Positions 22,705-31,314 of a DNA stretch of 40,845 nucleotides are shown here, one piece after another. The notes beneath the pieces were generated by a model. It saw only the letters and a list, made by a program, of their open reading frames with translations. It was not told where the DNA came from and did not search any database. The stretch is from a virus: positions 1 to 40,845 of the IMG/VR virus record IMGVR_UViG_3300032272_000033; one strand, written 5' to 3'. Positions within the stretch are counted from its first letter, which is position 1. Each line of letters begins with the position of its first letter. Position numbers and translations under genes: made by a program.

Positions 22705-23476
22705 CGCTAACCGCGTGTACTTTGACGCCTTGTCCCGATTAACGGGACTTGGTGTTGAGGTAGATGTACGCGGTCACGTTACCAAAGAACTTATCAACCA
22801 AACATATGTTGTGCCTATTGAGTATCCAGAGATCAACATACCAGAAAGAAAACTAAGCAGCCCGTTTAGATCAGCAGAGGCTTGGTGGATATTGAGCGGT
22901 AGAAATGATCTGGATTTTATTAAACAGTATGCTCCATCTATCAAGAGATGGTCAGATGATGGTTACTTCATGGCAGGAGCATATGGGCCTCGAGTGGTTG
23001 ATCAGATTCCTTATGTTCTAAAGTGCTTTAAAGAAGACCTGTCAACACGTCAAGCTATTATCTCTATATGGAGATCCAGTCCAACAAAGTCTCTAGATAT
23101 TCCGTGCACTCTGTCATTACAGTTTCTTGTGAGAGATATGCCGGGTAAACAGGGGACTGTTCGTGAACTCCATTGTATTGCTAATATGAGATCGTCAGAT
23201 GCATATCTTGGCCTTCCATATGATCTGTTTACCTTCAGCATGATAGCCATCTATATTGCTCTACTGTTGAAGGAGACAAAAGGTGTGTGCGATCTTACAT
23301 TGGGTGCTCTACATCTCAACGCAGCAAGTTCTCACATCTATCAACGTGATGAGAACAAAATCAGACAAGTCATACAGCATGATCCTGGTTTGGTTAGAGG
23401 CTCTGCTGATTATGATTTGAAAGCCTTTGACAAGCCAGAGGAGCTACTATGGCATCTTGAAAGGAACTTTCGATAA
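22694..23476 (+). CDS. Thymidylate-synthase-fold enzyme with Asp at the base-specifying position: predicted dCMP C5-hydroxymethylase/methylase, 260 aa
   Basis: GGAGG at 22683-87 lies 6 nt before GTG 22694. The motifs are the catalytic Cys in DIPCTLSLQFLV, MRSSDAYLGLPYDLF (Asp codon 23222-24 where ThyA has Asn177), and SSHIYQ. Confidence 0.75.
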   Translation: MFVDANRVYFDALSRLTGLGVEVDVRGHVTKELINQTYVVPIEYPEINIPERKLSSPFRSAEAWWILSGRNDLDFIKQYAPSIKRWSDDGYFMAGAYGPRVVDQIPYVLKCFKEDLSTRQAIISIWRSSPTKSLDIPCTLSLQFLVRDMPGKQGTVRELHCIANMRSSDAYLGLPYDLFTFSMIAIYIALLLKETKGVCDLTLGALHLNAASSHIYQRDENKIRQVIQHDPGLVRGSADYDLKAFDKPEELLWHLERNFR

Positions 23477-23667
23477 TGAAAATTGTGATAATAGATAATT
23501 TCGGAAGAGAAGGCCCAGGCTACGACGACACCCTCGTCGCTGAAAACGTGAACAAGCCGTACGGGGAAAAGATAGTAGAGCTTCTCAACAAAGGGGAGTG
23601 GGAAGGAAGCAATGACTTCTACACCCTACAAGAAGACGACTACCACTTACGGGAGTTTAAACCATGA
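23476..23667 (+). CDS. Hypothetical protein, 63 aa
   Basis: TAATG overlap with the upstream stop and ATGA overlap with the downstream start. Confidence 0.65.
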   Translation: MKIVIIDNFGREGPGYDDTLVAENVNKPYGEKIVELLNKGEWEGSNDFYTLQEDDYHLREFKP

Positions 23668-24104
23668 ACAGAATCAGTGAAGAAGAGTATTTCCTTGGGA
23701 TAGCGGAGTGGGTTGCTAAGAGAGCGACCTGCTCCAGGGATAGTGTGGGGTGTGTGTTGGTATCAATTGATAACAAGATATTGTCCACAGGTTATAACGG
23801 TGTCCCAAAAGGCCATCCTCATTGCACTGATACCCCTTGTCCCGGCGCTAATTATGCATCGGGAGAGGGGCTTGATGTCTGTGAGGCTACTCACGCAGAA
23901 CAGAATGCTTTACTGCAATGTAGTGATGTAGATAAGATATACGCCTGCTATACAACAAAGGCTCCGTGTCTTACATGCACCAAACTGTTAATGAATACAA
24001 GCTGTGTTCAGATCTATACGAGGAAAGAGTACAGCGAAGAAGCAAAACAGATGTGGTTGAAGAATCCTTTATCTGGTAGGAAATTTGATGTGCTAAACGC
24101 ATGA
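23664..24104 (+). CDS. dCMP deaminase (CMP/dCMP deaminase zinc-binding family), 146 aa
   Basis: HAEQNAL and PCLTCTK zinc motifs, and STGYNGVPKG. Confidence 0.9.
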   Translation: MNRISEEEYFLGIAEWVAKRATCSRDSVGCVLVSIDNKILSTGYNGVPKGHPHCTDTPCPGANYASGEGLDVCEATHAEQNALLQCSDVDKIYACYTTKAPCLTCTKLLMNTSCVQIYTRKEYSEEAKQMWLKNPLSGRKFDVLNA

Positions 24105-25915
24105 CACAGATGAACATGTTTAATCCTGAGAAACGAAATTGGGCACCGCCAGAGGTGTTGCCCAATTTCTCTCATGCTAAAATCATAGGAGTTGATTGTG
24201 AAACAAGAGATCCAAACCTTAATGAGTATGGTCCAGGAGGGGCGCGAAAAGATGGTGAGGTCGTCGGGATCTCTCTCTCAGATGGCTATAAGTCCGTTTA
24301 TCTTCCGTTCGGCCATGAGGGCGGAGGTAACCTTGACAGGTCTCTTGTGCTACGATATGCAAAGGATGTACTTAGTACAACAACTCCCAAAGTCGGAACT
24401 AAATTGTTGTACGATCTTGAGTGGCTCAGGACTCTTGGTATCGAATGTAATGGTAAACTGCACGATATTGCAATCGCTGAGGCTCTTCTTGACGAAAATA
24501 AACGAGGAAGGTATAGTCTCGAAGCTATATCACTTGAACACCTTGGAGTTGGCAAGAGCGAAGAAGTATTAAGACAAGATGCCGACTTCATGGGGGTGGA
24601 CCCAAAGAGTGGTCTTTGGCAACTACCCTCATGGAGTGTTGGAGAGTATGCCGAAATTGATGCAAGAAACCCGGTGCTCATACTAGAGAAACAAATAGAA
24701 CTACTTAAAGATCAGGATTTACTTAAGATTTATGGGCTAGAAACAGATTTAATGAGACCTCTGCTTGAGATGAGGTTTAAGGGAGTTGCTTACAATGAAC
24801 AAGGGGCTTATGATTTAGGTCAGCAGTTACAAAAACAAGAAATGATAAACAGGCAGCGCCTGGGAATCAATCCTAACTCCAATACGGAACTGACTTGGTA
24901 TTGTGAGAAGAATAAGATTGAGTATCCAAGAACAGCCATATATATCAACAAGAGTGGAAATGAGGCAGGAGGTAATCCTAGCTTTACTGCAGACTTTCTA
25001 AAGAACTCTGAGAATAAGTTCTTCCAGCAGGTGAACGATCTTAGAGTTGCTACGAAGATGCGGAAGGATTACATAGATAAACTCTTAAGAATGTGTGTTA
25101 ACGGGAGAATCCACTGTGAGTTTAACCAATTTATCTCAGACGACTTTGGTACTAAAACTGGGCGATTTAGTTCGTCTAACCCAAACCTGCAACAAATACC
25201 CAGTAGAGATAAGTTCTGGGGACCTCTCATCAAATCGCTTTTTATCCCAGATCCAGGTCAGCGATGGTGTCGTTTGGATTATTCACAGCAGGAACCGCGA
25301 ATCACCATCCACTGGGCGGCGGCCTGTGGGATCCAATCGGCGATAGAGGCTGCTCAGCTATACATAACTAATCCAGACCAAGACTTCCATCAAATGGTTG
25401 CTGACATGGCTGGTATATCTCGTGACATGGCCAAGGGGATTAATCTTGGTCTTAGTTATGGTATGGGCGTACCTAAGTTAGCTACAATGCTCGGCCTATC
25501 TGAAACAGACGCTTACGAACTAATGGATTTGTTCCATGCTAAGGTACCCTTCATTAGAAAGCTACAGGCTAAATGCGAGCAAGCTGTTAGGATGAGAGGA
25601 TGCGTAACCACTCTGTTGGGTAGGAAAAGACATCTCAATCCAGATATTGGTGGGCATACGTTCCTGAACTCCTTAGTCCAAGGATCGGCTGCTGATATGG
25701 GAAAGAAAGCTATGAGAGACCTCTACTATGATCACAATATAATCCCTTTGATCATGGTTCACGACGAGTTCGACTTATCCATTGCTGAGGATTCAGACTA
25801 TGAGGTGCCACAACGTGTTATGAAAGAAGCTATAAAGGTGCTCGTTCCTATGAAGGTTGACGTTGAGGTTGGATCATCATGGGGAAACCTAACTAAAATG
25901 AAGGAGGCTGCATGA
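24101..25915 (+). CDS. Family A DNA polymerase with 3'-5' exonuclease domain, 604 aa
   Basis: Exo I GVDCET. Pol motif A RLDYSQQEPR, motif B RDMAKGINLGLSYGMG, motif C MVHDEF. Confidence 0.95.
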   Translation: MTQMNMFNPEKRNWAPPEVLPNFSHAKIIGVDCETRDPNLNEYGPGGARKDGEVVGISLSDGYKSVYLPFGHEGGGNLDRSLVLRYAKDVLSTTTPKVGTKLLYDLEWLRTLGIECNGKLHDIAIAEALLDENKRGRYSLEAISLEHLGVGKSEEVLRQDADFMGVDPKSGLWQLPSWSVGEYAEIDARNPVLILEKQIELLKDQDLLKIYGLETDLMRPLLEMRFKGVAYNEQGAYDLGQQLQKQEMINRQRLGINPNSNTELTWYCEKNKIEYPRTAIYINKSGNEAGGNPSFTADFLKNSENKFFQQVNDLRVATKMRKDYIDKLLRMCVNGRIHCEFNQFISDDFGTKTGRFSSSNPNLQQIPSRDKFWGPLIKSLFIPDPGQRWCRLDYSQQEPRITIHWAAACGIQSAIEAAQLYITNPDQDFHQMVADMAGISRDMAKGINLGLSYGMGVPKLATMLGLSETDAYELMDLFHAKVPFIRKLQAKCEQAVRMRGCVTTLLGRKRHLNPDIGGHTFLNSLVQGSAADMGKKAMRDLYYDHNIIPLIMVHDEFDLSIAEDSDYEVPQRVMKEAIKVLVPMKVDVEVGSSWGNLTKMKEAA

Positions 25916-26352
25916 GCCAAAAAGAAACTGAGTTTAGAGCCAAGTTCACGAAGAAAGTACGAGGCCACTGGTCTCTTATTGAGACAAGCGCTGGTGTTGG
26001 CATCCCAGACACTTCTTGGTCTACTCCAGGCTACACCTACTGGTGCGAGTTCAAAGTAACACACAAAGGAAAAGTACACTTAAAAAGATCTCAATGGTCT
26101 TGGAACGTTGAGCAATCTAAGTTTCATATGAACTCAATCCTAATCACGAGAGATTCTGATAACCCAGATATAGTTCTATTGTTCAGAGCACCTAACCTGC
26201 TTAAGCTTGCGCAAAGAACTATAAAAGAAGATAAAAAAGCCGTTATCCTGTCATTCAATGAGATGCGAACTATGGGAACAATTGTTGATATGAGGGATAA
26301 GGATCTGACCGATAAACTCAGAGCGTTTTGTATAAATAGTAAACTTTATTAA
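25912..26352 (+). CDS. VRR-NUC / PD-(D/E)xK nuclease, 146 aa
   Basis: GIPD ... CEFKV ... LKRSQWSW fits the PD...ExK core plus the VRR-NUC downstream Q-x2-W pattern. Confidence 0.6.
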   Translation: MSQKETEFRAKFTKKVRGHWSLIETSAGVGIPDTSWSTPGYTYWCEFKVTHKGKVHLKRSQWSWNVEQSKFHMNSILITRDSDNPDIVLLFRAPNLLKLAQRTIKEDKKAVILSFNEMRTMGTIVDMRDKDLTDKLRAFCINSKLY

Positions 26353-26416
26353 TCAATTCAGTATAACTGGGTATTATAAAGGTGTATAATGGTAGTATTA
26401 TTAGAGAGGAGATTGA

Positions 26417-26722
26417 ATGCCTAAAGTATATGTTGTCGAGGATCCAAAGAATAAGAATATATCCTCAGCAACCAAATTCGGCGATATAGAGGTTCTATTG
26501 CCTGACTCAGAGATTACTTTCTCTACTGGAATGGCTTGCAGAATGATTCGACGCAAGTTAGCTGGTTTCAGTGATGAAGACTGTCTGTTGCTTATTGGCA
26601 ATCCAGTGAGTATTGGAATAGCAGTAGCTATAGCCATGGACATAAACTTTGGTCGGACTAAGCTACTGAAGTGGGACAACCAAGAAAGGATTTATTACTT
26701 ACTAAAAGCAGATATTAACTAG
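26417..26722 (+). CDS. Hypothetical protein, 101 aa
   Basis: TAGAGAGGAGAT SD. Follows an AT-rich gap containing a perfect TATAAT (26385-90). Confidence 0.7.
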   Translation: MPKVYVVEDPKNKNISSATKFGDIEVLLPDSEITFSTGMACRMIRRKLAGFSDEDCLLLIGNPVSIGIAVAIAMDINFGRTKLLKWDNQERIYYLLKADIN

Positions 26723-26735
26723 AGAGGAGATCTGT

Positions 26736-27272
26736 ATGTTTGATGAAGAAATTGAAGAACTACCTGATGCCCAAATGTCTGAGCTTACTGACATGGCTCA
26801 AGCTCTTATTGAGCAGAGAGCTGAGATCGGTCAGTTAGAAGAGGCCCTTATGGCTGCATCAACTGAAGAAAAACGTCTTAGTGAGATAGTTATTCCTGCA
26901 AAGATGTTATCTCTAAACCTGCAATCTATTACCTTGAGTAATGGAGCTAAACTAGAGATCAAGCACAAGTTTGTTGGCTCGATCCCTAAGGATCCTGATA
27001 AGCGTATCAGAGCCTTTGACTGGCTCATCAGCCACAATCTTGAAGATATCATCAAAAACGAAATCAGATGCGACTTCAAGAAAGGTGAAGGTGAGGTTGC
27101 TCAAAAGGTTATTGACGCTCTTACAGAGATCGGTGTTGATTGGTCTCGTAAGAAAGATGTCCACCACCAGACCCTGAAAGCAAGTGCAAAGGATTTGCTT
27201 AGTAAAGGTATAGCAGTGCCTCTCGATACGCTTGGGCTATTCGAGATAGATCAAACACACATCAAGCTCTAA
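26736..27272 (+). CDS. Hypothetical protein with acidic coiled-coil N-terminus, 178 aa
   Basis: TAGAGAGGAGAT SD. A recombination role is a guess based only on its neighbours. Confidence 0.65.
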   Translation: MFDEEIEELPDAQMSELTDMAQALIEQRAEIGQLEEALMAASTEEKRLSEIVIPAKMLSLNLQSITLSNGAKLEIKHKFVGSIPKDPDKRIRAFDWLISHNLEDIIKNEIRCDFKKGEGEVAQKVIDALTEIGVDWSRKKDVHHQTLKASAKDLLSKGIAVPLDTLGLFEIDQTHIKL

Positions 27273-27307
27273 ACACCACTTACAAACGTTTTTTTGGAGA
27301 AATTACA

Positions 27308-28069
27308 ATGGCGAAGAAAGATGCAGTAGCAGTTAAAGAAGATGCAACCATGGCACCAATTGAGGACATGGAAGCAGACGCTGGAGAGGGAATGGAGCTC
27401 ATCGGCGTCAATGATCTGGTAGTACCCCTGTTCGTGATTCTTCAGGCGTTGAGTCCGCAATGCGACAAAACAAAAGATGAGTACATGGATGGTGCTGAAC
27501 AAGGGAATTTTTATCTCAAGAGTAAGGAAGTGCTCTACGATGGTGAAAAAGGTGTTGATGTTATTCCTTGCTTCTATGATAAGAAGATCTTTGAGTGGGG
27601 ACCAAATCGCGGTGGGCTGAAAGGTGTTCATCCATTGGATACTCCGCTCATGAGGCAGACCTCCACTGACAATGAAAAAGGTATCCCAACACTTGGAAAT
27701 GGGAACACCTTGGTTGAAACTGCTCAGTACTACTGCCTTCTTGTTGATGGTGATAAGATTGAGCCGATCGTTATCGGTATGTACAGTACTGCTTTAAAGA
27801 AGTCTCGAGCATGGAACTCTGCTATTAAGAACCTGGAAGTTCGGCGTGCAGACAAGACTACTTTCAATCCACCTATCTACAGTCATATCTACACTGTGAA
27901 AACAGTCATCGAGCGTAAAGATGACAACTCATGGTATAACTGGGATATCAACGTTAAGGAGATTATCTCCAACAAAAATCTCTATGATGCAGCCAAGTCG
28001 ATCTACCACATGGCTATCAAAGGCAATGTAGAAGTTCAGGCTGACGCAGGCGAATCAATCCCTTTCTAA
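27308..28069 (+). CDS. Putative ssDNA-binding protein (gp2.5-like size) with acidic ...ESIPF C-terminal tip, 253 aa
   Basis: The C-terminus ADAGESIPF mimics the acidic tail ending in Phe found in bacterial SSB (DDDIPF) and T7 gp2.5. It lies in the replication module. Confidence 0.45.
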   Translation: MAKKDAVAVKEDATMAPIEDMEADAGEGMELIGVNDLVVPLFVILQALSPQCDKTKDEYMDGAEQGNFYLKSKEVLYDGEKGVDVIPCFYDKKIFEWGPNRGGLKGVHPLDTPLMRQTSTDNEKGIPTLGNGNTLVETAQYYCLLVDGDKIEPIVIGMYSTALKKSRAWNSAIKNLEVRRADKTTFNPPIYSHIYTVKTVIERKDDNSWYNWDINVKEIISNKNLYDAAKSIYHMAIKGNVEVQADAGESIPF

Positions 28070-28082
28070 GTAAAGGCTCTCC

Positions 28083-29606
28083 ATGATCCAAGTAGATAGG
28101 TTTATGAATCTATTTCTTGGACTTACACGAGCTTATGGTACGTATGTAGTTGATGCAGATAGGTCTGATGGAAAGAAGATTGGTAAGGCAACCACACTAC
28201 AAGAACCTGTAACAAGGGAAGTGTGGCACCGTCATCTAGTTGGGCAGGTGAGCGTGGGCGTTATACCAATCAACGATGACAGCAAGTGTCGTTTCGGAGC
28301 AATAGATATTGATGTCTATCGCGGACTTAAGCCGTTAGAGATTATTCAAAAGCTCAACAGATATAAGATACCATTTGTCTTGTGTAGGTCCAAGTCGGGG
28401 GGAGTCCACGTTTACTGCTTTACAAGTGAGTATGTAGACGCTTCCCTCATGCAAAGAAAGCTAAAGGAAGTATCAGCGGGACTAGGATTCGGTTCATCTG
28501 AGATATTTCCTAAGCAAACAAAAATTCTAGCTGAAAGAGGTGATATAGGTGGCTGGATTAACATGCCTTACTTTGGTGGAGCTGAGTCTACTCGTTATGG
28601 GTACGATGATTCTGGCAACGCTCTTAGTGCTGATATGTTTCTTGCGATTGCTGAGACTAAGCGTCTTACAGAGGATCAGCTTATCGCGGTACATATCCCC
28701 AAGGAAATAGAGCTAAAAGATGGCCCTCCATGTCTCGAGTCCTTAATTTCAGATAAGTTTCAAGAAGGAACTAGAAACAATGGACTGTTTAATCTAGGAG
28801 TTTATCTTCGCAAAGCCCATCCAGATCGATGGGAGCATTTACTGGAGGAATACAATGTTAAGTTTCTCGAACCTCCGCTCCCGTCTAAAGAAATTGTGGA
28901 GCTCAAGAAGAGCCTCAAGAAGAAGACCTATCAGTACACGTGTTCCACTGCACCGATTTGCAATCATTGCGATCTGGCGGTATGTAAGTCTAGACGGCAT
29001 GGTGTCGGTACATCACTCAACATGCCAAGTCTACACTCGCTCACTAAGTACGACACCGATCCACCAATATGGTTTTTGGACGTTGATAGTGGGGGCCGGA
29101 TTGAGCTTACCACAGAGGAGCTTCAGAATCAAAGGAAGTTTCAAAAAAGATGTATGGAATGCCTGAACATAATGCCGGCGAAACTGACAGATATAGAGTG
29201 GTCCAAGATACTTAACACCCTTCTTGAAAAGCTAAATGTTATTGATGTACCTGTAGACGCTTCTCCTGAAGGTCTACTACTAGAGATGATTGAGAAGTTT
29301 TGTACAGGTAAAGTAAGAGCTAATGAAAAGGATGAGATGCTACTAGGTAAACCTTGGTTCGATCCTGAAGCGAGATGCTTCTATTTCAGAATGAATGATT
29401 TGCTAGCCTTCCTTAACAGACACAACTTTAGAGATTATAAAAGTAATAAGATCTCCTCTATCATGAGGAGACATGGTGGTAGTCATAAGCAGTTTAACAT
29501 CAAAGGTAAAGGTGTTAACTGTTGGTCGATGCCACCATACACGGCTATTGAGTCTAACTTTGCGATACCAAGGGAGCTAACAGAAGATGCAAAAAATCCT
29601 TTTTAG
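28083..29606 (+). CDS. Archaeo-eukaryotic-type primase-polymerase with PriCT-like domain, 507 aa
   Basis: AEP motifs AIDIDVY (DxD) and SKSGGVHVYCF (sGxGxH). PriCT-like GTRNNGLFNLGVYL. No Walker A helicase domain. Confidence 0.8.
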   Translation: MIQVDRFMNLFLGLTRAYGTYVVDADRSDGKKIGKATTLQEPVTREVWHRHLVGQVSVGVIPINDDSKCRFGAIDIDVYRGLKPLEIIQKLNRYKIPFVLCRSKSGGVHVYCFTSEYVDASLMQRKLKEVSAGLGFGSSEIFPKQTKILAERGDIGGWINMPYFGGAESTRYGYDDSGNALSADMFLAIAETKRLTEDQLIAVHIPKEIELKDGPPCLESLISDKFQEGTRNNGLFNLGVYLRKAHPDRWEHLLEEYNVKFLEPPLPSKEIVELKKSLKKKTYQYTCSTAPICNHCDLAVCKSRRHGVGTSLNMPSLHSLTKYDTDPPIWFLDVDSGGRIELTTEELQNQRKFQKRCMECLNIMPAKLTDIEWSKILNTLLEKLNVIDVPVDASPEGLLLEMIEKFCTGKVRANEKDEMLLGKPWFDPEARCFYFRMNDLLAFLNRHNFRDYKSNKISSIMRRHGGSHKQFNIKGKGVNCWSMPPYTAIESNFAIPRELTEDAKNPF

Positions 29607-29613
29607 AGGTGAG

Positions 29614-29856
29614 ATGAGGATCAGTATTTCAGAGCTTAAAACATCACTAACAAAGAAACTAAAAGAAGACTACCCAGAGCTCTTGAGCAAAAGCAGAATC
29701 AGCATGGAGATTGGCTGTGATGCAGATCAGACTCAAGCAGAGGGCGAAGAGGCTCGACTTGACGATGCAACAATATTTGTGGAGATTATTGGATGGGAAC
29801 GAGAACCAGAGAAATTATCTTCGGACCCCCTGGGACTGGAAAAACGACGGAACTAA
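29614..29856 (+). CDS. Possible small ORF overlapping helicase start by 64 nt, 80 aa
   Basis: AGGTGAG lies before ATG 29614. The ORF fills the primase-helicase gap, but the long out-of-frame overlap is unusual. Confidence 0.35.
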   Translation: MRISISELKTSLTKKLKEDYPELLSKSRISMEIGCDADQTQAEGEEARLDDATIFVEIIGWEREPEKLSSDPLGLEKRRN

Positions 29857-31313
29857 TCAGTATTGTAGAACGATCAATCAAGAGTGGATATGAACCAGAC
29901 CAGATAGCTTTCTTATCTTTTACTAAGAAGGCGGCATGTGAAGCGGTAGATCGAGTGGCTCACCTACTTAGAGAGGAGCCACTCTACTTTCGCACTATTC
30001 ACTCACTGGCTTTCAGAGTCTGTAACCTGTCTTCTAATATTGTTATGAGGGCTAAAGACTTCCAAGAGCTAGGAGACCTGTTAGGGATAGAAGTCTCAGG
30101 CTATGCTAACATGGAGGAGGGAACACTGTCCACTAAGAACGTGGGCGATAGACTCTTTTTCCTTATCAACCTAGCCAGAGTACGCAAAATACCCCTTGTT
30201 CAGGCCTGGGAAGAGGCAGATGATGAACTCATAGATTGGAACGAATTAGAACGAACTGATAGAGCCTATACTGCTTTCAAGCTAGACAGGGGCTTATATG
30301 ACTTCACTGATATGTTAGTCATGTTTTCTGAGAAAGATATGTCTAAGCTCGGTATCAAAGTTCTTATCGTAGATGAGGCGCAAGATCTATCTCCGCTGCA
30401 ATGGGATATTATAGAGGCGATCATTGAGACTGCTGAGGATATCTACATTGCTGGAGACGATGACCAAGCGATCTACCATTGGGCTGGTGCTGACTCTGAT
30501 TATCTTATCGACTGCAAGAGACATCAACAAGGATTCAAAATAAGAGTACTGGATCAGAGTTATCGTATCCCAGTAAATATCCACAAACTATCGAATGATA
30601 TTATTAAGCATGTGGGTAATAGACAGACTAAAGTGTTTAAGCCTAAAAAAGAAAAAGGGCTTGTATCCTATGAGTCAGACTATGATCATATTGACATGAG
30701 TAAGGATACTGGCACGTGGCTTCTACTAGCACGTAACGGCTACATGCTCAAAGACTATAAAGATAGTTGCCATGTAAACGGATGGCCTTTTGAGGCTCGT
30801 GGTAATGATACGGTGAAAAATAATATTATGAGTGCAATACTAGGATGGACTAGGGGTTGCCAGAATAAACCTATTCTCTACCAAAATGTGCTTAATATAT
30901 GTAGGTATGCGTCTAAAAATAACGGCAACCACGTGGAATATAAGGAGCTCAAAAAGCTAGCAAAGAAGAGCCACATAATGCTATCTGAGCTACGACAGAT
31001 GGGATTGTCTATGCAAGGCATCTGGCATCAGGCTCTAGATCTAATACCTGCAGAGATCAGAGAGTTCTATATTTCAGGTCTACGACAAGGTGAGGACCTT
31101 ATGCGCCCACGAATAAAGATCTCGACTATTCACGGAGTAAAGGGCGGTGAGGCCGATAATGTTGTTGTGATGACTGATCTGTCTTACAAAGTCTATCAGC
31201 AATACAACGCTGATGATACGCAAGAACGTAAGGTTTTTTACGTAGCAATAACTCGAGCAAAGAAACGGCTGTACATAATCAGTCCTAAAACTAACATGTT
31301 CTTCGAGGTCTAA
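29793..31313 (+). CDS. UvrD/Rep-type SF1 helicase, 506 aa
   Basis: Walker A GPPGTGKT, Walker B LIVDEAQDLSP, motif V TIHGVKGGEAD, motif VI YVAITRAKKRLYI. Confidence 0.85.
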   Translation: MGTRTREIIFGPPGTGKTTELISIVERSIKSGYEPDQIAFLSFTKKAACEAVDRVAHLLREEPLYFRTIHSLAFRVCNLSSNIVMRAKDFQELGDLLGIEVSGYANMEEGTLSTKNVGDRLFFLINLARVRKIPLVQAWEEADDELIDWNELERTDRAYTAFKLDRGLYDFTDMLVMFSEKDMSKLGIKVLIVDEAQDLSPLQWDIIEAIIETAEDIYIAGDDDQAIYHWAGADSDYLIDCKRHQQGFKIRVLDQSYRIPVNIHKLSNDIIKHVGNRQTKVFKPKKEKGLVSYESDYDHIDMSKDTGTWLLLARNGYMLKDYKDSCHVNGWPFEARGNDTVKNNIMSAILGWTRGCQNKPILYQNVLNICRYASKNNGNHVEYKELKKLAKKSHIMLSELRQMGLSMQGIWHQALDLIPAEIREFYISGLRQGEDLMRPRIKISTIHGVKGGEADNVVVMTDLSYKVYQQYNADDTQERKVFYVAITRAKKRLYIISPKTNMFFEV

Positions 31314-31314
31314 T

